DNA from: Mobula hypostoma
Taxonomy: Eukaryota
Reading direction: 5' to 3'
Assembly (NCBI RefSeq): GCF_963921235.1
Contig: NC_086108.1
Span: 17,856,001 to 17,920,000 of the forward strand
DNA: 64,000 nt
The position numbers and the translations under genes were made by a program. Positions 38,361-50,193 of the stretch are shown piece after piece. Positions within the stretch are counted from its first letter, which is position 1. Each line of letters opens with the position of its first letter. A model generated the notes under the pieces. The model did no database searches. It had not been told where the DNA came from and saw only the letters and a program-made list of their open reading frames with translations.

Positions 38361-40003
38361 TTGCTGTTGTTTCGTATGGAAGGTGTTTTTCTCTTCACAC
38401 TTCTAATTGGGTTTTGTCAAGCCACCACTCCTTCATTTATTGGCTGCATTGATGGACCACAGCAAAGCCCATCCAATCTTAGTAAGAGGACATGTTTGTA
38501 CCAGGTGGAGGATATTCTGGGTTGGGGCACCACAGGGGCAAGCTAGGGTTTGTCAGGCGGCCCATTAGTGTAGTGTTTGCACAGATTTGTGTTGTCAAGT
38601 ATTTTCTGATAGCTGTAGGAAAGCCTGGGAGGAAGGAGGTGGCATCGTTGATCAGATCTCCGCCGGGGGCGTGTTGGTGTGCTTGCATTAGCACTATTCG
38701 GTGCAATTGTCTTCGGAGTCAAGGTTTTTCAAGTTGTAGAAAGGTTTTACTGATTTAATTTGGGAGCATGTAGGAGCATTTTTGATTAGTTTATGAACTG
38801 GAACTTTGTTTGGCATATTTTGGATACGCTGGTAGAATTTTGCTGAAGCTGCTCTTCTGCAGATCTCCGGAGTGCTATTCCACTTATTGTTGGGAGCCAT
38901 TGGACAAGTGTACATTTTAGGGCTATTGAGATTATTGTATGGAGCTGTGTATTGATGATGCTTGTGTGAGCACTTCCCTCCCAGGTGGGGATGCAATACT
39001 TGGTGAATGAGCAACACATTGTTCAGACGACTGACTGGTTAGCACCTCATTTGGTTCCTGCTGTCATCTTGATCATAGCCATTCTGGATTTTAGTTTCTT
39101 TGCAAAATTTTGAAAGTGGATCTTGTATAAGAGGGTTCAATCTCATGTGACTTCTAAGTACTTTGGGTGTGGATCATTGGGAAGCTGTTTGGCTTCTAGT
39201 TTGATAATAAGTTTAGGTTTGGTCGGTCAGTTGTCCAGATGAAATATGGAAGTTACTGGTTTGCTGAGATCCATATTTAGGTACCATTTTGAGAAGTCGT
39301 TGGATAGAGAGTTGATATCTTTGGTAAGGATTTGTTTTACTGAATTTTATATTGTTCAGTTGGAAGGCTATGGCCAAGTCATCAATGAATCTAAATTTAA
39401 AAGATTTGGTTTCTGGGAAGTCACTGAGGTACAGATTGAACAAAATTGGAGCCAGAATTGACAGTTGGGGGATGCCACTGCAGAATTTCAAAATGTGACT
39501 GGTGTCACTTCCTAGTCAAGTGAAGAAAGAACGGGTGCCTGTCATTCTGTGGAGGAGACGTACTGCAGGATCTTTTCACATGGGGTGATTCAACTAGTTT
39601 TAACATTAAGCCTTGGTTCTAAATGCTGTGGTATGCATCAGATAAATTGATAAATATTGCTCCAGGTTTTTCTTGAGTTTAAAGCCTGATTCAATGTACG
39701 ATGTGAGTGCGAGAACTTGGTTTCTGGTATTCTGGCATTCTGGTATCCTTGAGCCAATAGGCTGGTCCTGGACTTGTTTCTTGGCATAATTTACATATTA
39801 CTATTTAACTATTTATGGTTTTATTACTATTAAATTATTTATGGTGCAACTGTAACGAAAACCGATTTCCCCCGGGATCAATAAAGTATGACTATGACTA
39901 TGACTATTATGATTTTGTGTGAAGCCAGCTTGTTTGATTTGTACACAAGGATCTATCAGAGGTAGTATTCTGGATAAAATAATATGCTCAAGAAGTTCAA
40001 TAT
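38361..40003 (-). mobile_element. Ingi/Vingi-like LINE, decayed RT and 3' half
   Basis: Minus-strand peptides LLEHIILSRI..QAGF, QVLALTSYIESGF, GIPQLSILAPILFNLYLSD, HPKYL.VT and YCIPTW..SAH..WLPTISGI. The 3' end reads CCATACGAAACAACAGCAA. Clade assigned from recalled Ingi/Vingi motifs. Confidence 0.72.
39722..39908 (+). mobile_element. Short LINE 3'-end fragment with (ATGACT)n tail, nested in the Ingi/Vingi RT
   Basis: Interrupts the RT reading between QAGF and QVLAL. Ends TTTCCCCCGGGATCAATAAAGT(ATGACT)3. Confidence 0.7.
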
Positions 40004-40387
40004 ATTCTGGCTCAGTCGTCATGTGGAATGAAAAGATCTGCATTTACACTGCCCAGAGTCCATCGTGTTTGAAAAGTATACCAGACTGTACAAACTCAAC
40101 ACCCAAAAGTAACTTTTCTTTTTTCTTTTTCAATATTTTTATTAATTTTCTACATAGGAGAATACAGAGTTCAAGAAAAAAGAAATATATCAAATACATT
40201 ATACTGAATCACACATTCAAACTCTTTACTCTATATTCATACAAATTGATTAATTCATAATATTGAAATATAGCAAATTTATTGTACGGAAAAATCCAAC
40301 CCACTACCAAGACCGAAGCTGATTAGTAAAGAAGAAAAAAGAAAAAAAAAGTATATTATTAGCTATTTTCTGTGCTTTAGCAGCAAA

Positions 40388-43300
40388 TCAAAGGTTTTGA
40401 AAATAGTTCAAAAAAGGTCCCCACAATGTTTGAAAGCCTTGATTAGATTCAGAAATTGAACACTGAATCTTCTCTAAATTTAAACATGGCATCACATCAT
40501 GCAGCCATTGAACGTGAGTGGGTGGGACCACATTTTTCCATTTAAGCAAGAGCACCCTGCTAGCCATAAGAGAAATAAAAGCCAAAATGTGCAAATCAAA
40601 TTCTCCAAAATAATATCCTTTCCTCCAATAATATCAAAAAAAGTGGTCAAAGGATTAGGCTTAAAATTTACTTTAAAAAGTACCAAGAGGGTTTGAAATA
40701 CTTCTTTCCAATATTTTTTCAAGACTCGGACATGTCCAAAACATATGAATGAGTGAAGCTTCTCCATTATTACATTTATCACAATAAGGATATATATCCA
40801 AATAAAAGTGAGACAACTTATCCTTGATCATGTGGGCCCTATGGACCACTTTAAATTGTAGGAGACAGTGGTGAGCGCATAACGATGAAGTGTTAACCAA
40901 CTTAAAAATTTCATTCCAAGTTTTCTCAGAAATTGAATTCTGTAAGTCTTGTTCCCAAAGAATTTTAATTTTACCTAAAGGAAAACTTCTCATTCCCAGC
41001 AACATATTATAAATATTAGATATAGATCCATTATAAAAGGTTTCAAATTAATAATGACAGAGTAGATTCTTATCAGGACTTTTAGGAAATGTACATATTT
41101 GAGACCGTAAAAAATCTCTTATTCGTAGGTATCGAGAAAAGTGAGTTTTGAGTAAGCTATATTTAGCTGACATTTGCTCAAATGAAAGGAGACTTCCCTC
41201 CACAAAGAAGTCCTGGAAGCATTTAATACCTAATCTATCCCATTCTTTAAATCCACATTTATCATCGAAGATTTTAAAAAATAATTAGAAAAAATGGGAC
41301 TTGAAAGAGAAAATCTCAATAAGCCAAAGTATTTTCGGAATTGTACCCAAATTCTCATAATATGTTTAACTACCAAATTGTCAGTTAAATTACTCAGGGA
41401 TAAAGGAAGTGAGGATCCAAGAAGAGAAATAATAGAGAATTTATTAACGAAGTTAGCTTCTAAAGAAACGCACATCAGACAATCCTCATGATTAATGTAA
41501 TATAACCAAAATGTAAGATTACGTATATTAACTGCCCAATAATAAAACCTAAAATTTGATAAAGCCAGCCCTCCATTCTTCTTAGCTTTCTGAAGATGAA
41601 TTTTGTTTAGTCTAGAATGCTTATTTTTCCATATATAGGATGATATAATAGAATCAAGAGAATCAAAAAAATATATAGGGATAAAAACAGGTAATGCCTG
41701 AAAAAGATATATAAATTTAAGTAAAATATTAATTTTAATAGAATTAATTTGACTAATCAATGATTACAAAAGAGGTGACCAATTTGATAGTGTCCTTTTT
41801 ACATAATTCAATAGGGTAAGAAAATTTTCTTTAAATAAGCACTTATAATTTTTAGTAATTGTTATACCTAAGTAAGTAAATTGGTTTCTTGCAATTTTAA
41901 AAGGACGGTTAGAATTAGTTGATATCCAATTATTCAAAGGAAAAGGTTCACTCTTATGTAAATTCAGTTTGTAACCTGAGAACTGGCTAAAACAGGAGAG
42001 TAAAGAAAGCGCATGGGATAATGAAGTCTCGACATTAGAAATAAAGAGCAATAGATTATCAGCACAAAATGAAACTTTGTGGATAGTGCCTCTCCTTAAA
42101 ATGCCAGTGGTATCATTAGATTCTTGAAAAGCTATGGCTAAGGGCTCTAAAGCCAGATCAAAAACCTCAAAGGACTCAACGGATAGCCTTGTCTGGTGCC
42201 ACATTGAAGCTTAAAATGGTTTGGAGTTCTGAGAATTAGTAATAAGCCTAGCGGAGGGAGCTAAATAAAGTAATTCAATCCATTGAATGAAATCAGGTCC
42301 AAAATTGAATTTTTCTAAAATTTTAAATAAATAATTCCACTCAACTCTGTCAAAAGCCTTCTCAGTGTCTAGGGATACCACACATTCTGATATCTCCTTA
42401 GAAGGAGAATAGATAACATTTAATAAATGATGAATATTAAAATAAGAATATCGATTTTTGATAAATCCAGCCTGTTCATCAGAAATGACAGATGGTAAAA
42501 TATTTTCAATCCTACAGGCCAAAACTTTAGATAGAATCTTAGTATTAACATTAAGTAAAGAAATTGGTCTATAGGAAGAGCATTCAACTGGATCTTTATT
42601 CTTTTTGTGGATAAGTGGAATGGAAGCCTCATAAAAATATTGAGGCAGCCTGCCCAACTTAAATGAATCCGAAAAAAACTGAACATAAATGAGGTATAAA
42701 CAGTGAGGAAGAGGTCTTATAAAACTCTCCAGAAAATCCATCTGGACCCAGAGCTTTCTTCAAGTGTAATGAGCGCACAGCCTCGACAATTTCCTCAAAA
42801 GAAATAGGTTGTTCCAACTGCTTTCTGTTGTCAACAGAGATTGTGGGAACGTTTAATTGGTCTAAAAAATTGTTCATTACAGTGTTATCCTTAGGAAAGT
42901 CAGAGCTATAGATTCTAGAATAAAATTCTCTATAAGTATCATTTATTTCTAAATGATTAATTGCCCTACCACCATTAGCTTTACGTATTTCTTTAATCTG
43001 ATGTTTAGCTATAAAGGTTTTAATTTGATTCACCAATAATTTACCTGTTTTGTCTTCATGAATATAAAATTGACTTTTATCTTTTAGGAGTTGAGTTTCA
43101 ATTGGATACGTTAAAAGGAGATCATATTTAGTTTTAATTTCAACACGCCTTTTATATAAAGCAGGATCTGGAACCAAGGCATACTGTTGGTCTAATTGTT
43201 TCAGCTGGTTAGCTAAATCACTTCTCTCTTTATTAGCTTTTTTCTTAATACTTGCAGTATAAGAAATAATTTGTCCTCCAGTATACGCCCTAAAGGCATC

Positions 43301-43934
43301 CCATCTGATAAAACTAGAAGTCTCCTCTAACATATTCTCTTTAAAAAGTGTAATTTGTCTCTCTATAAACTTTAAAAGATCTTTATCAGATAACAAGGTT
43401 AGATTAAAATGCCAAAACCTGTTTGTTTGAAGAAGGCCAGGGAGATTTAAAGATAAGAGCACAGGAGCATGATCTGAGACAACAATCTCTTTATATTTAC
43501 AGGATCGAGCTAATTGAATCATTTGGCTATCAATAAAAAAGTAACCAATCCTGAAATATATATGATGAACATGAGAGAAAAACAAATACTCCCTGTCTAC
43601 TGGATGAGAAAATGCACCGAACATCAATAATACCACATTTCATTAGAGAAGATTTAATAAACACAGCTGATTTATTTCGTATCACTAGCTTAGAAGATGA
43701 ACAATCTAAAGCTGGATCTAAACAACAATTAAAATCTCCTCCCATCACCAATGTGTACAAATTCAGATCTGGCAAAAATGAAAAAAAAATGCTCAAAGAA
43801 GCCTGGGTCATCTATATTCAGAGCATACACATTGGCATATACCATTAATTTGTTATCTAGCTTTCTTGATACTTTAACAAAATGCCCATTAGTACCAGAA
43901 ATTACTTTATGTTGAACAAAGGAAACTTTATTAT
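40388..43934 (-). pseudogene. L1 ORF2p remnant (partial APE endonuclease, RT, C-terminal Cys-rich region)
   Basis: Motifs GGDFNC, SDHAPV, GPDGFSGEFY, YRPISLLN, QAGFIKNR, SLDTEKAFDRVEW, FCADNLL, FTYLGI and CDKC..EASLIHMFWTCP across several frames. Confidence 0.9.
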
Positions 43935-44701
43935 CTATAAGGATCGAAACTTCTCTGGCTTTGGCCTGAAACGAAGAATGGAAATGAGATTCTCTCCATT
44001 GATTAAAAAGGTGTGAATTGTCACATTTACATACATGAGTTTCTTGAAGAAAATCTTAGCACGTTCTTCCATAACTTCCGATGAGAAATCTTCAACAATA
44101 TGAATCATCTGACCCTTGTACTCAATCATACCTTTCGAACGGGATTCACGAACCAAAAGGTCCTTTATTTGAAATTCATGAAAGCATATAATGACCGATC
44201 TTGGTCTTGATTCTGACGTCGATCTATAACTAGGTGATCTGTGAACACGATTAATCAAAGGTAAGTACTGTATAATATCAGGGAATAATTCCATCAGAAG
44301 GTTTGCAAAGAATTCCTTAGGATTACTCCTTCCTTTAACTCTTTAAGTCCCAAGAGTTGCAAGTTGTTTCTCCTACTTCTATTTTCCAAATCAATAATCT
44401 TCTGTCTCAGTTTTCCGTTGGACTTGGACTGTTTTTCATACAGCTTTTGCAGATCATCAGTTTTCTTATCCAGTATCGTTATAATCCCTTCATGCTCTTT
44501 TATCCTCTTATCGTGCTCAATTAAAGTTTCTTGAATAACATCCAGTTTTATACCTATTTTTTTACCTTCAAAGCTGATTTGTTGTGAATCGGCCGACGCT
44601 TCTTTTCTGAACTGATGAAACTCCTCGGTAAGCTTTTGCGAATCTGTAGAAAGCTTTTGAAGCAAGCCCATAATAGATTCCAAAGCTGCTTTGGTAGCCA
44701 T
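43935..44701 (-). pseudogene. L1 ORF1p remnant (coiled coil plus RRM), frameshifted
   Basis: MATKAALESI...IDLENRSRRNNL.LLG, followed in another frame by INRVHRS...RPRSVIICFH...IHIVEDFSSEV. Confidence 0.85.
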
Positions 44702-44825
44702 AATAAGATAATAACACGTGTAACAGTAATATTTCAAAAGGTTGGAAACAAAAAAGGAAATAAACTAGGAGCACCGGGAAAGACCTATTACTCCATCAGC
44801 GACCAGAAAGCAAGTCAGTAACTTT

Positions 44826-46321
44826 CCTGACAACAAACCAGTACCATGATCACTGGAAACTCAAATCAGAATATTATCACTCAATGTTGAAGGCACGTCA
44901 GTGGCCAAATGCGAAAACCTCTCTAAAATTCTGACAGATAATAACATTCACAAAGTTGCCCACCAAGAAACCTACATTACCAAGACCTCAGCTCCATCTA
45001 GGGATAGGATATGAGCATATAATAGAGTGACAGCTGTATTCCACAAAAAATACAGGATAGCCATTTATGCTAAAAACATATTCACTTACATTTCAGTTAC
45101 TAGCTCTAACAGAATCGGAATCAGAATCAGAATCAGGTTTATTATCACCAGCAGGTGACGAGAAATTTGTTAACTTAGCGGCAGCAGCTCAATGCATTAC
45201 ATAGTCTAGCAGAGAGAGAGAGAGAGAAAAAATAATAAATAAAATAAAACATAATAATAAATAAACAGTAAATCAATTATGTATATTGAATAGATTTAAA
45301 TCATTGTGCAAAAACAGAAATATTAAAAAAGTGAGGTAGTGTCCAAAGCTTCAATGTCCATTTAGGAATCAGATGGCAGAGGGGAAGAAGCTGCTCCTGA
45401 TTCACTGAGTGTGTGCCTTCAGGCTTCTGTATCTCCTAGGTGATGGTAACAGTGAGAAAAGGGCATACCCTAGGTGCTGGAAGTCCTTAATAATGGACAC
45501 TGCCTTTCTAAGACAACGCTCCCTAAAGATGTCCAGGGAATTTTGTAAGCTAGTACCTAAGATGGAACTGACTAGATTTACAACCTTCTGCGACTTCTTT
45601 CGGTCCTGTGAGGTAGACCCGCCATACCAGACAGTGATGCAGCCTATCAGAATGCTTTCCACGGAACAACTATAGACATTTTTGAGTGTCTTTGTTGACA
45701 TGCCAAATCTCTTCAAACTTCGAAGTATAGCCACTGTCTTGCCTTCTTTATAACTACATCAATATGTTGAGACCAGGGTTAGATCATCAGAGATCTTGAC
45801 ACCGAGGAACCTGAAGCTGCTCACTCTCTCCACTTCTGATCCCTCCATGAGGATTGGTATGTGCTCCTTCGTCTTACCCTTCCTGAAGTCCACAAACAGC
45901 TCTGTTGTCTTACTGATGTTGAGTGCCAGGTTGTTGCTGCGGTACCACTCCACTAGTAGGCATATCTCACTCCTGCACACCCACCATATAACAATATCCA
46001 AAACACTACTGTTGAAATAGGTGAGAATGTAACTCTAGTAAATATCTATAAACCTCCAAATGAGGAATTGCAAATCCACCATTACAAAAAATTAAACACG
46101 TAGCAATATCTGAGACTTCAACAGTCAACATACAGATTGGGGATGCTCAGAAAACAACACAGCCGGCGAAGTGATCAGTTGTTGGGCATTTAATAATGAC
46201 CTTCAACTACTATAAAATCCTAAAGATAAAGGGACATTCTTCTCAGCTAAATGGCAACAGAATTACACACCAGATTCCTGTTTTATAACAACAAATAGTC
46301 AACTTGAACCCCTACCAACTA
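44826..46321 (+). mobile_element. Ingi/Vingi-like LINE 5' part (APE endonuclease), interrupted by Rex1 at 45111-45978
   Basis: Plus-strand peptides RILSLNVEG..VAKCE..HQETY (44870-44980) and NIYKPPN...DFNSQHTDWG..NN.AGE...W...GTFFSAKWQQNYTPDSCF (46040-46290). Confidence 0.7.
45111..45978 (-). mobile_element. Rex1/Babar-clade LINE, 5'-truncated 3' portion
   Basis: NNLALNISKTTELFVDFRK, VERVSSFRFLGV, ESILIGCITVWYG and LFSLLPS; (ATTCTG)n tail seen as AGAATC repeats at 45111-45136. Confidence 0.85.
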
Positions 46322-47395
46322 CCTGAGAAATATATTCTCCACTACACATCTATAGAGGTTTGTCAAAGTTCTAGATGTCATACCGAATCTTCTCATATTC
46401 CTAAGGATGTAGAGGCACTGCCATGCTTTCTTTGTAATTGCACTTATGTGCTGGGCCCAGGACAGGTCCTCCGAAATAATAACACCAAGAAATTTAAAGT
46501 TGCTAACCCTGTCCACCTCTGATTGATCCTGTGATGAGGACTGGCTCATGAACCTTTGGTTTTCCTCTCCTGCAGTTAATAGTCAATAGCAAGTTAATAG
46601 CAAGACTCTCCTTTGTCTTGCTGACATTGAGTAAGAGGTTGTTGTTATGGTATCACTCAGCCAGATTTTCAGTCTCCCTTCTATATGATGATGCATCACC
46701 AACTTTGATTTGGCCTGTGACAGTGGTGTCATCAGTAAACTTGTATATGGTATTGGAGCTCTGCTTAGCCACACAGTTATAAGTATAAAGTGTGTAGAGC
46801 AGGAGTCAAAGCACACAGCCTTGTGATGCACCTGCACTGTTGGAAATTGTGGAGGAGATGCTGCTGCTAATCCGAATTGACTGGGGTCTGCAAGTGAGGA
46901 AATCAAGGTCCCAATTGCACACCAAGATACTGAGACCAATGTCTTGGAGCTTAATGATTAGTTTTGAGGGGGTCATTGCACTAATGCTGAGTTGTAGTTG
47001 ATAAAGAGTATGCTGATATATGCATCTTTGCTGTCCAGATGTTCCAGGGTTGAGTGAAGAGCCAATGAGATGGCACCTGTTGTGGACCTGTTGCTCTGGT
47101 AGGCAAATAGGAGTGGATCTAAATTGCTTCTCAGGCAAGAGTGGATATGTTTTACAACCTCTCAAAGCAATTCGTCACTATGGATGTAAGTGCTACTGGA
47201 TGATAGTCATTAAGGTAGGTTATCATGTTTTTCATGGGCACCAGTATAATCGAAGCCTGCTTGAAGTAGCTGGATGCCTCAGACTGTCAAAGCAAGAGGT
47301 TAAAGATCTCAGTGAACACTCCAGTCAGTTGATCAGCACAGGTCTTCCATACGTGGCCATGTACCCATCTGGGTCAGATGTTTTTACTGAGTTCA
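46322..47395 (-). mobile_element. Rex1/Babar-clade LINE RT fragment, decayed
   Basis: PSKLIIKLQDIG..CNWDLDFLTCRPQSIRI..GASQGCVL and VDRVSNFKFLGVIISEDLSW. Confidence 0.82.
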
Positions 47396-48655
47396 CCTTC
47401 CTAATGCTGTTTATCGATTACAGCTCAGCATTTAACACCACCATCCCCTCAAAACTAATCAGTAAACTCAGTAAGTCCTGGGCCTCAATATCTCCTTGTG
47501 CAATTGAATCCTGGATTTGATCACTTGTAGACCCCAATCAGTTCAGATTGGCAAAACCACCTCTTCCACAATCTCCATCAGCACAGGAGCACTGAGGGGT
47601 ATGTACTTAGCTCCCTGATCTACTCGCTTTACACCTATGACTGTGTGGCTAAGTACAGCTCGAACACCATATACAAGTTTGCTGATGATACCACGGTTAT
47701 GGGCTGTATCAAAGGTGGTGATAAATCAGCATACAGGAGGGAGACTGAAATGTTGGTTGAGTGGTGTAATAACAAAAACCTCTCACTCAATGTCAACAAG
47801 ACTAAGGAACTGATTGTAGATTTCAGGAGAGGGAAACTAGAGGTCTATGAGCCAGTAATCATCAGAGGATCAGAGATGGAGAGGGTCAGTAACTTTAAAT
47901 TCATGGCTGTCGCTATCTCAAAGGACCTGTCCTGGAACATCTGTACTTCTTGTTGCGACAGCCATCATAATCAAAAACCCCACCACCCTGGACATTCTCT
48001 CTTCTTCCCTTAGGAAAAAGATAAAAAGGCCTGAAAACAGGTTCAAAGACAGCTTCTACTCATTGTTATAGGCATCCGTTAGTCTCGTGAGACCATGGAT
48101 TTGTGCCTTGGAAGGTTTCCTTGTGCCTTGCAGGCCTGGGCAAGGTTGTATGGAAGACCAGCAGTTGTCCATGCTGCAAGTCTCCCCTCTCCATGCCACT
48201 GATGTTGTCCAAGGGAAGGGCATTAGGACCAATACAGCTTGGCACCGGTGTCGTCACAGATCAATGTGTGGTTAAGTGCCTTGCTCAAGGACACAACACC
48301 TGCCTCAGCCAAGGCTTAAACTAGCAACCTTCAGATCACTAAACGAATGCCTTAACCACTTGGCCAAGCGCCAACACCATTGTTAACTCATTGTTATAAG
48401 GCCACTCAATAGTTTCCATACAATAAATTGGACACTTGACCTCACAATCTGCCTCGTTATAATCTTGTGCCTTAATATTTGCCCCCACTGCACTTTCTCT
48501 ATAGCTGTGGCTATATTCTCTATAACCTGTGTTGTTATTCTTTTACCTTGTTCTACCTCAATGTGCTGTGTAATGAACTGATCAGTATGAACAGTATGCA
48601 AGACAAGTTTTTCACAGTATCTCAGTACACGCAACAATAATAAATTCGAATTCCA
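47396..48655 (+). mobile_element. Rex1/Babar-clade LINE RT-to-3' fragment, internally deleted and interrupted by a SINE
   Basis: MLFIDYSSAFNT, YKFADDTTV, NLSLNVNKTKELIVDFRR and HHPGHSLF; 3' UTR ends near AACAATAATAAA at ~48635-48645. Confidence 0.82.
48071..48377 (-). mobile_element. tRNA-derived SINE
   Basis: Minus strand begins TGGCGCTTGGCCAAGTGGTTAAGGC (A box), then a degenerate B box (AGTTTAAGCC) and the core GTGTCCTTGAGCAAGGCACTT. Flanked by duplicated CTCATTGTTATA at 48059-48070 and 48387-48398. Confidence 0.82.
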
Positions 48656-48664
48656 AAGAAGCTG

Positions 48665-49065
48665 TTTTAAAACCATTGAATGTGGGTCTTCCTCTTCCCC
48701 AATGGTAGTAACGTGAAGAGGGCATGTGACAGAATGTGAGGGTATTTAACGATGAATGCTACCTTCTTGGGACACCATCTCTTGAAGACGTACATGATAG
48801 CGAGGAGGGTTGTGCCTGCGATGTAACTTGCAGATGAAATGAGGTTGCTGGTATACATTTTTTGTCTGACAGGAGAGAGAAGAAAAGAGAATGACTGGGA
48901 TTTGTAGATCCATATGTCGGTTGCTATACTGGGCAGGGAGAAGTGTAGACAAAGCTTATGGAGGAGAGGCTGGTTCAAATGATGGTCTAGACTCAGCCCA
49001 CAACTCTGCAGTTTCTTGTAGTCACAGGCAAAGCAGTTGACATACCAAGCTGTGATGCATCCAAA
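48665..49065 (-). mobile_element. Old Rex1/Babar-like 3' fragment
   Basis: Minus-strand KRWCPKKVAFIVKYPHILSHALFTLLPLG resembles RERCLRKAVSIIKDFQHLGYALFSLLPS of the 45.4-kb copy. Confidence 0.65.
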
Positions 49066-49139
49066 TTGTGCATCTCCCCACCCCCCCCCCGCATTAATGA
49101 ATGTAAACTTGGGAACGACTCATTCATTTTGAAATGATG

Positions 49140-49300
49140 CTATATGACATCATCGTCTGGATTTTTTTCTTTTTTTCTCCTGTCGTCATAGCGCAGCTGA
49201 GTGGGCGTGGCCTGATCCTCCCGGGCTGTCAATCAAGGGGCGGGGAGTAGGAGGAGCTCGGGCTGCTGACAGTTTCCAAGAGCACCAAAAAAAAACACAA
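49140..49300 (+). promoter_or_regulatory. Probable GC-box promoter of the PBX gene, with a PBX-MEIS/PREP composite site
   Basis: GGGCGTGGCC (49203-49212), CTGTCAATCA, i.e. TGATTGACAG on the minus strand (49226-49235), GGGGCGGGG (49237-49245) and TGACAG (49267-49272). First non-repeat, CpG-richer sequence upstream of the ATG. TSS not determined. Confidence 0.65.
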
Positions 49301-49855
49301 AGCAAAGCCCTAACGCGGGCAGCTGGAGCCAGGAGAGGGCTGGCAGAGAGAAGGCGAGCACTCCAAGTCACACCAGCACAGCTCTGTAAGCCCCAGACAG
49401 GCATCTACTTGTGTCTAACTGTTGAAACCTCGCTTTTTATCTCTCTCTCTGCAGCCAGGATCAGAAGCGTGGCACCTTCAGCTACAAAAAAAAACAGAAA
49501 AAGAGAAAAAAAGATCTTTAATTACACAGGAATCAATAGTAACTGCTAAAGGAAGCATCTTCCTGGGCTTGCACTGCAGAATAAGAGAGCGAGGCAGAAA
49601 AAGAGACAAGGAAGTCTGGGAGAGTGTGGGCAAAGGTAGAGCGGAAATCGGGGGCTTTCTCCTGCACTGTTACCCCAACTGGTGTGGCTTTCTGCAGAGG
49701 TTAAAGGGGGAAAGGCGGAAGGGTGGGGGAGGAGGAGAGAGCTGGCTGATTTTTCCGTCTTGGCTCTAGCCGACTGGTGGTCTCGGTTGTGTCCGAGAGA
49801 GCCTTTTGTATCTCGGCGGTCAGAGAGAAAGGCAGCGTAAAGGCTGTGAATGAAG

Positions 49856-50028
49856 ATGGAAGATCAGTCCCGTCTGCGACACCCCCTCGCCGGGGTCAGT
49901 ATCTCAGGGCTGCCCCAGCACCTTCAAGAGACCGGGGGAGAGGCGGAGGGCAGGAAGCAGGACATTGGAGACATCTTACAACAAATAATGACCATCACGG
50001 ACCAGAGCTTGGACGAAGCACAGGCGCG
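49856..50028 (+). CDS. pbx1: PBX-family TALE homeobox gene, coding exon 1 (start of PBC-A domain); most similar to PBX1, paralog uncertain
   Basis: [14 protein letters not shown]...QHLQ...[26 protein letters not shown](R). ATG in strong context AAGATGG, with an in-frame alternative ATG at 49850. Phase-2 donor CG|GTGAGT at 50029. Confidence 0.9.
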
Positions 50029-50038
50029 GTGAGTTTGC

Positions 50039-50041
<3 letters not shown>

Positions 50042-50095
<54 letters not shown>

Positions 50096-50100
50096 GGAGA
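50042..50100. repeat. (TG)~21 followed by a short (AG)n microsatellite in the 165-bp intron 1
   Basis: Directly visible. Confidence 0.95.
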
Positions 50101-50193
50101 AGGGGTAGAATAACTGCCCCCACTTCTTCCAACAAACTCCAGTTTAAACGTGCGGCAAACTGACAATCTGATCACTGACGATTTACATTGCAG

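Larger units (their letters stand above)
40117..44816 (-). mobile_element. Near full-length but inactivated L1/Tx1-clade LINE, ~4.7 kb
   Basis: A-rich tail seen as a T-run at 40117-40140; 9-bp TSD AGTAACTTT at 40108-40116 and 44817-44825; ORF1 and ORF2 remnants with many stops and frameshifts. Confidence 0.93.
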
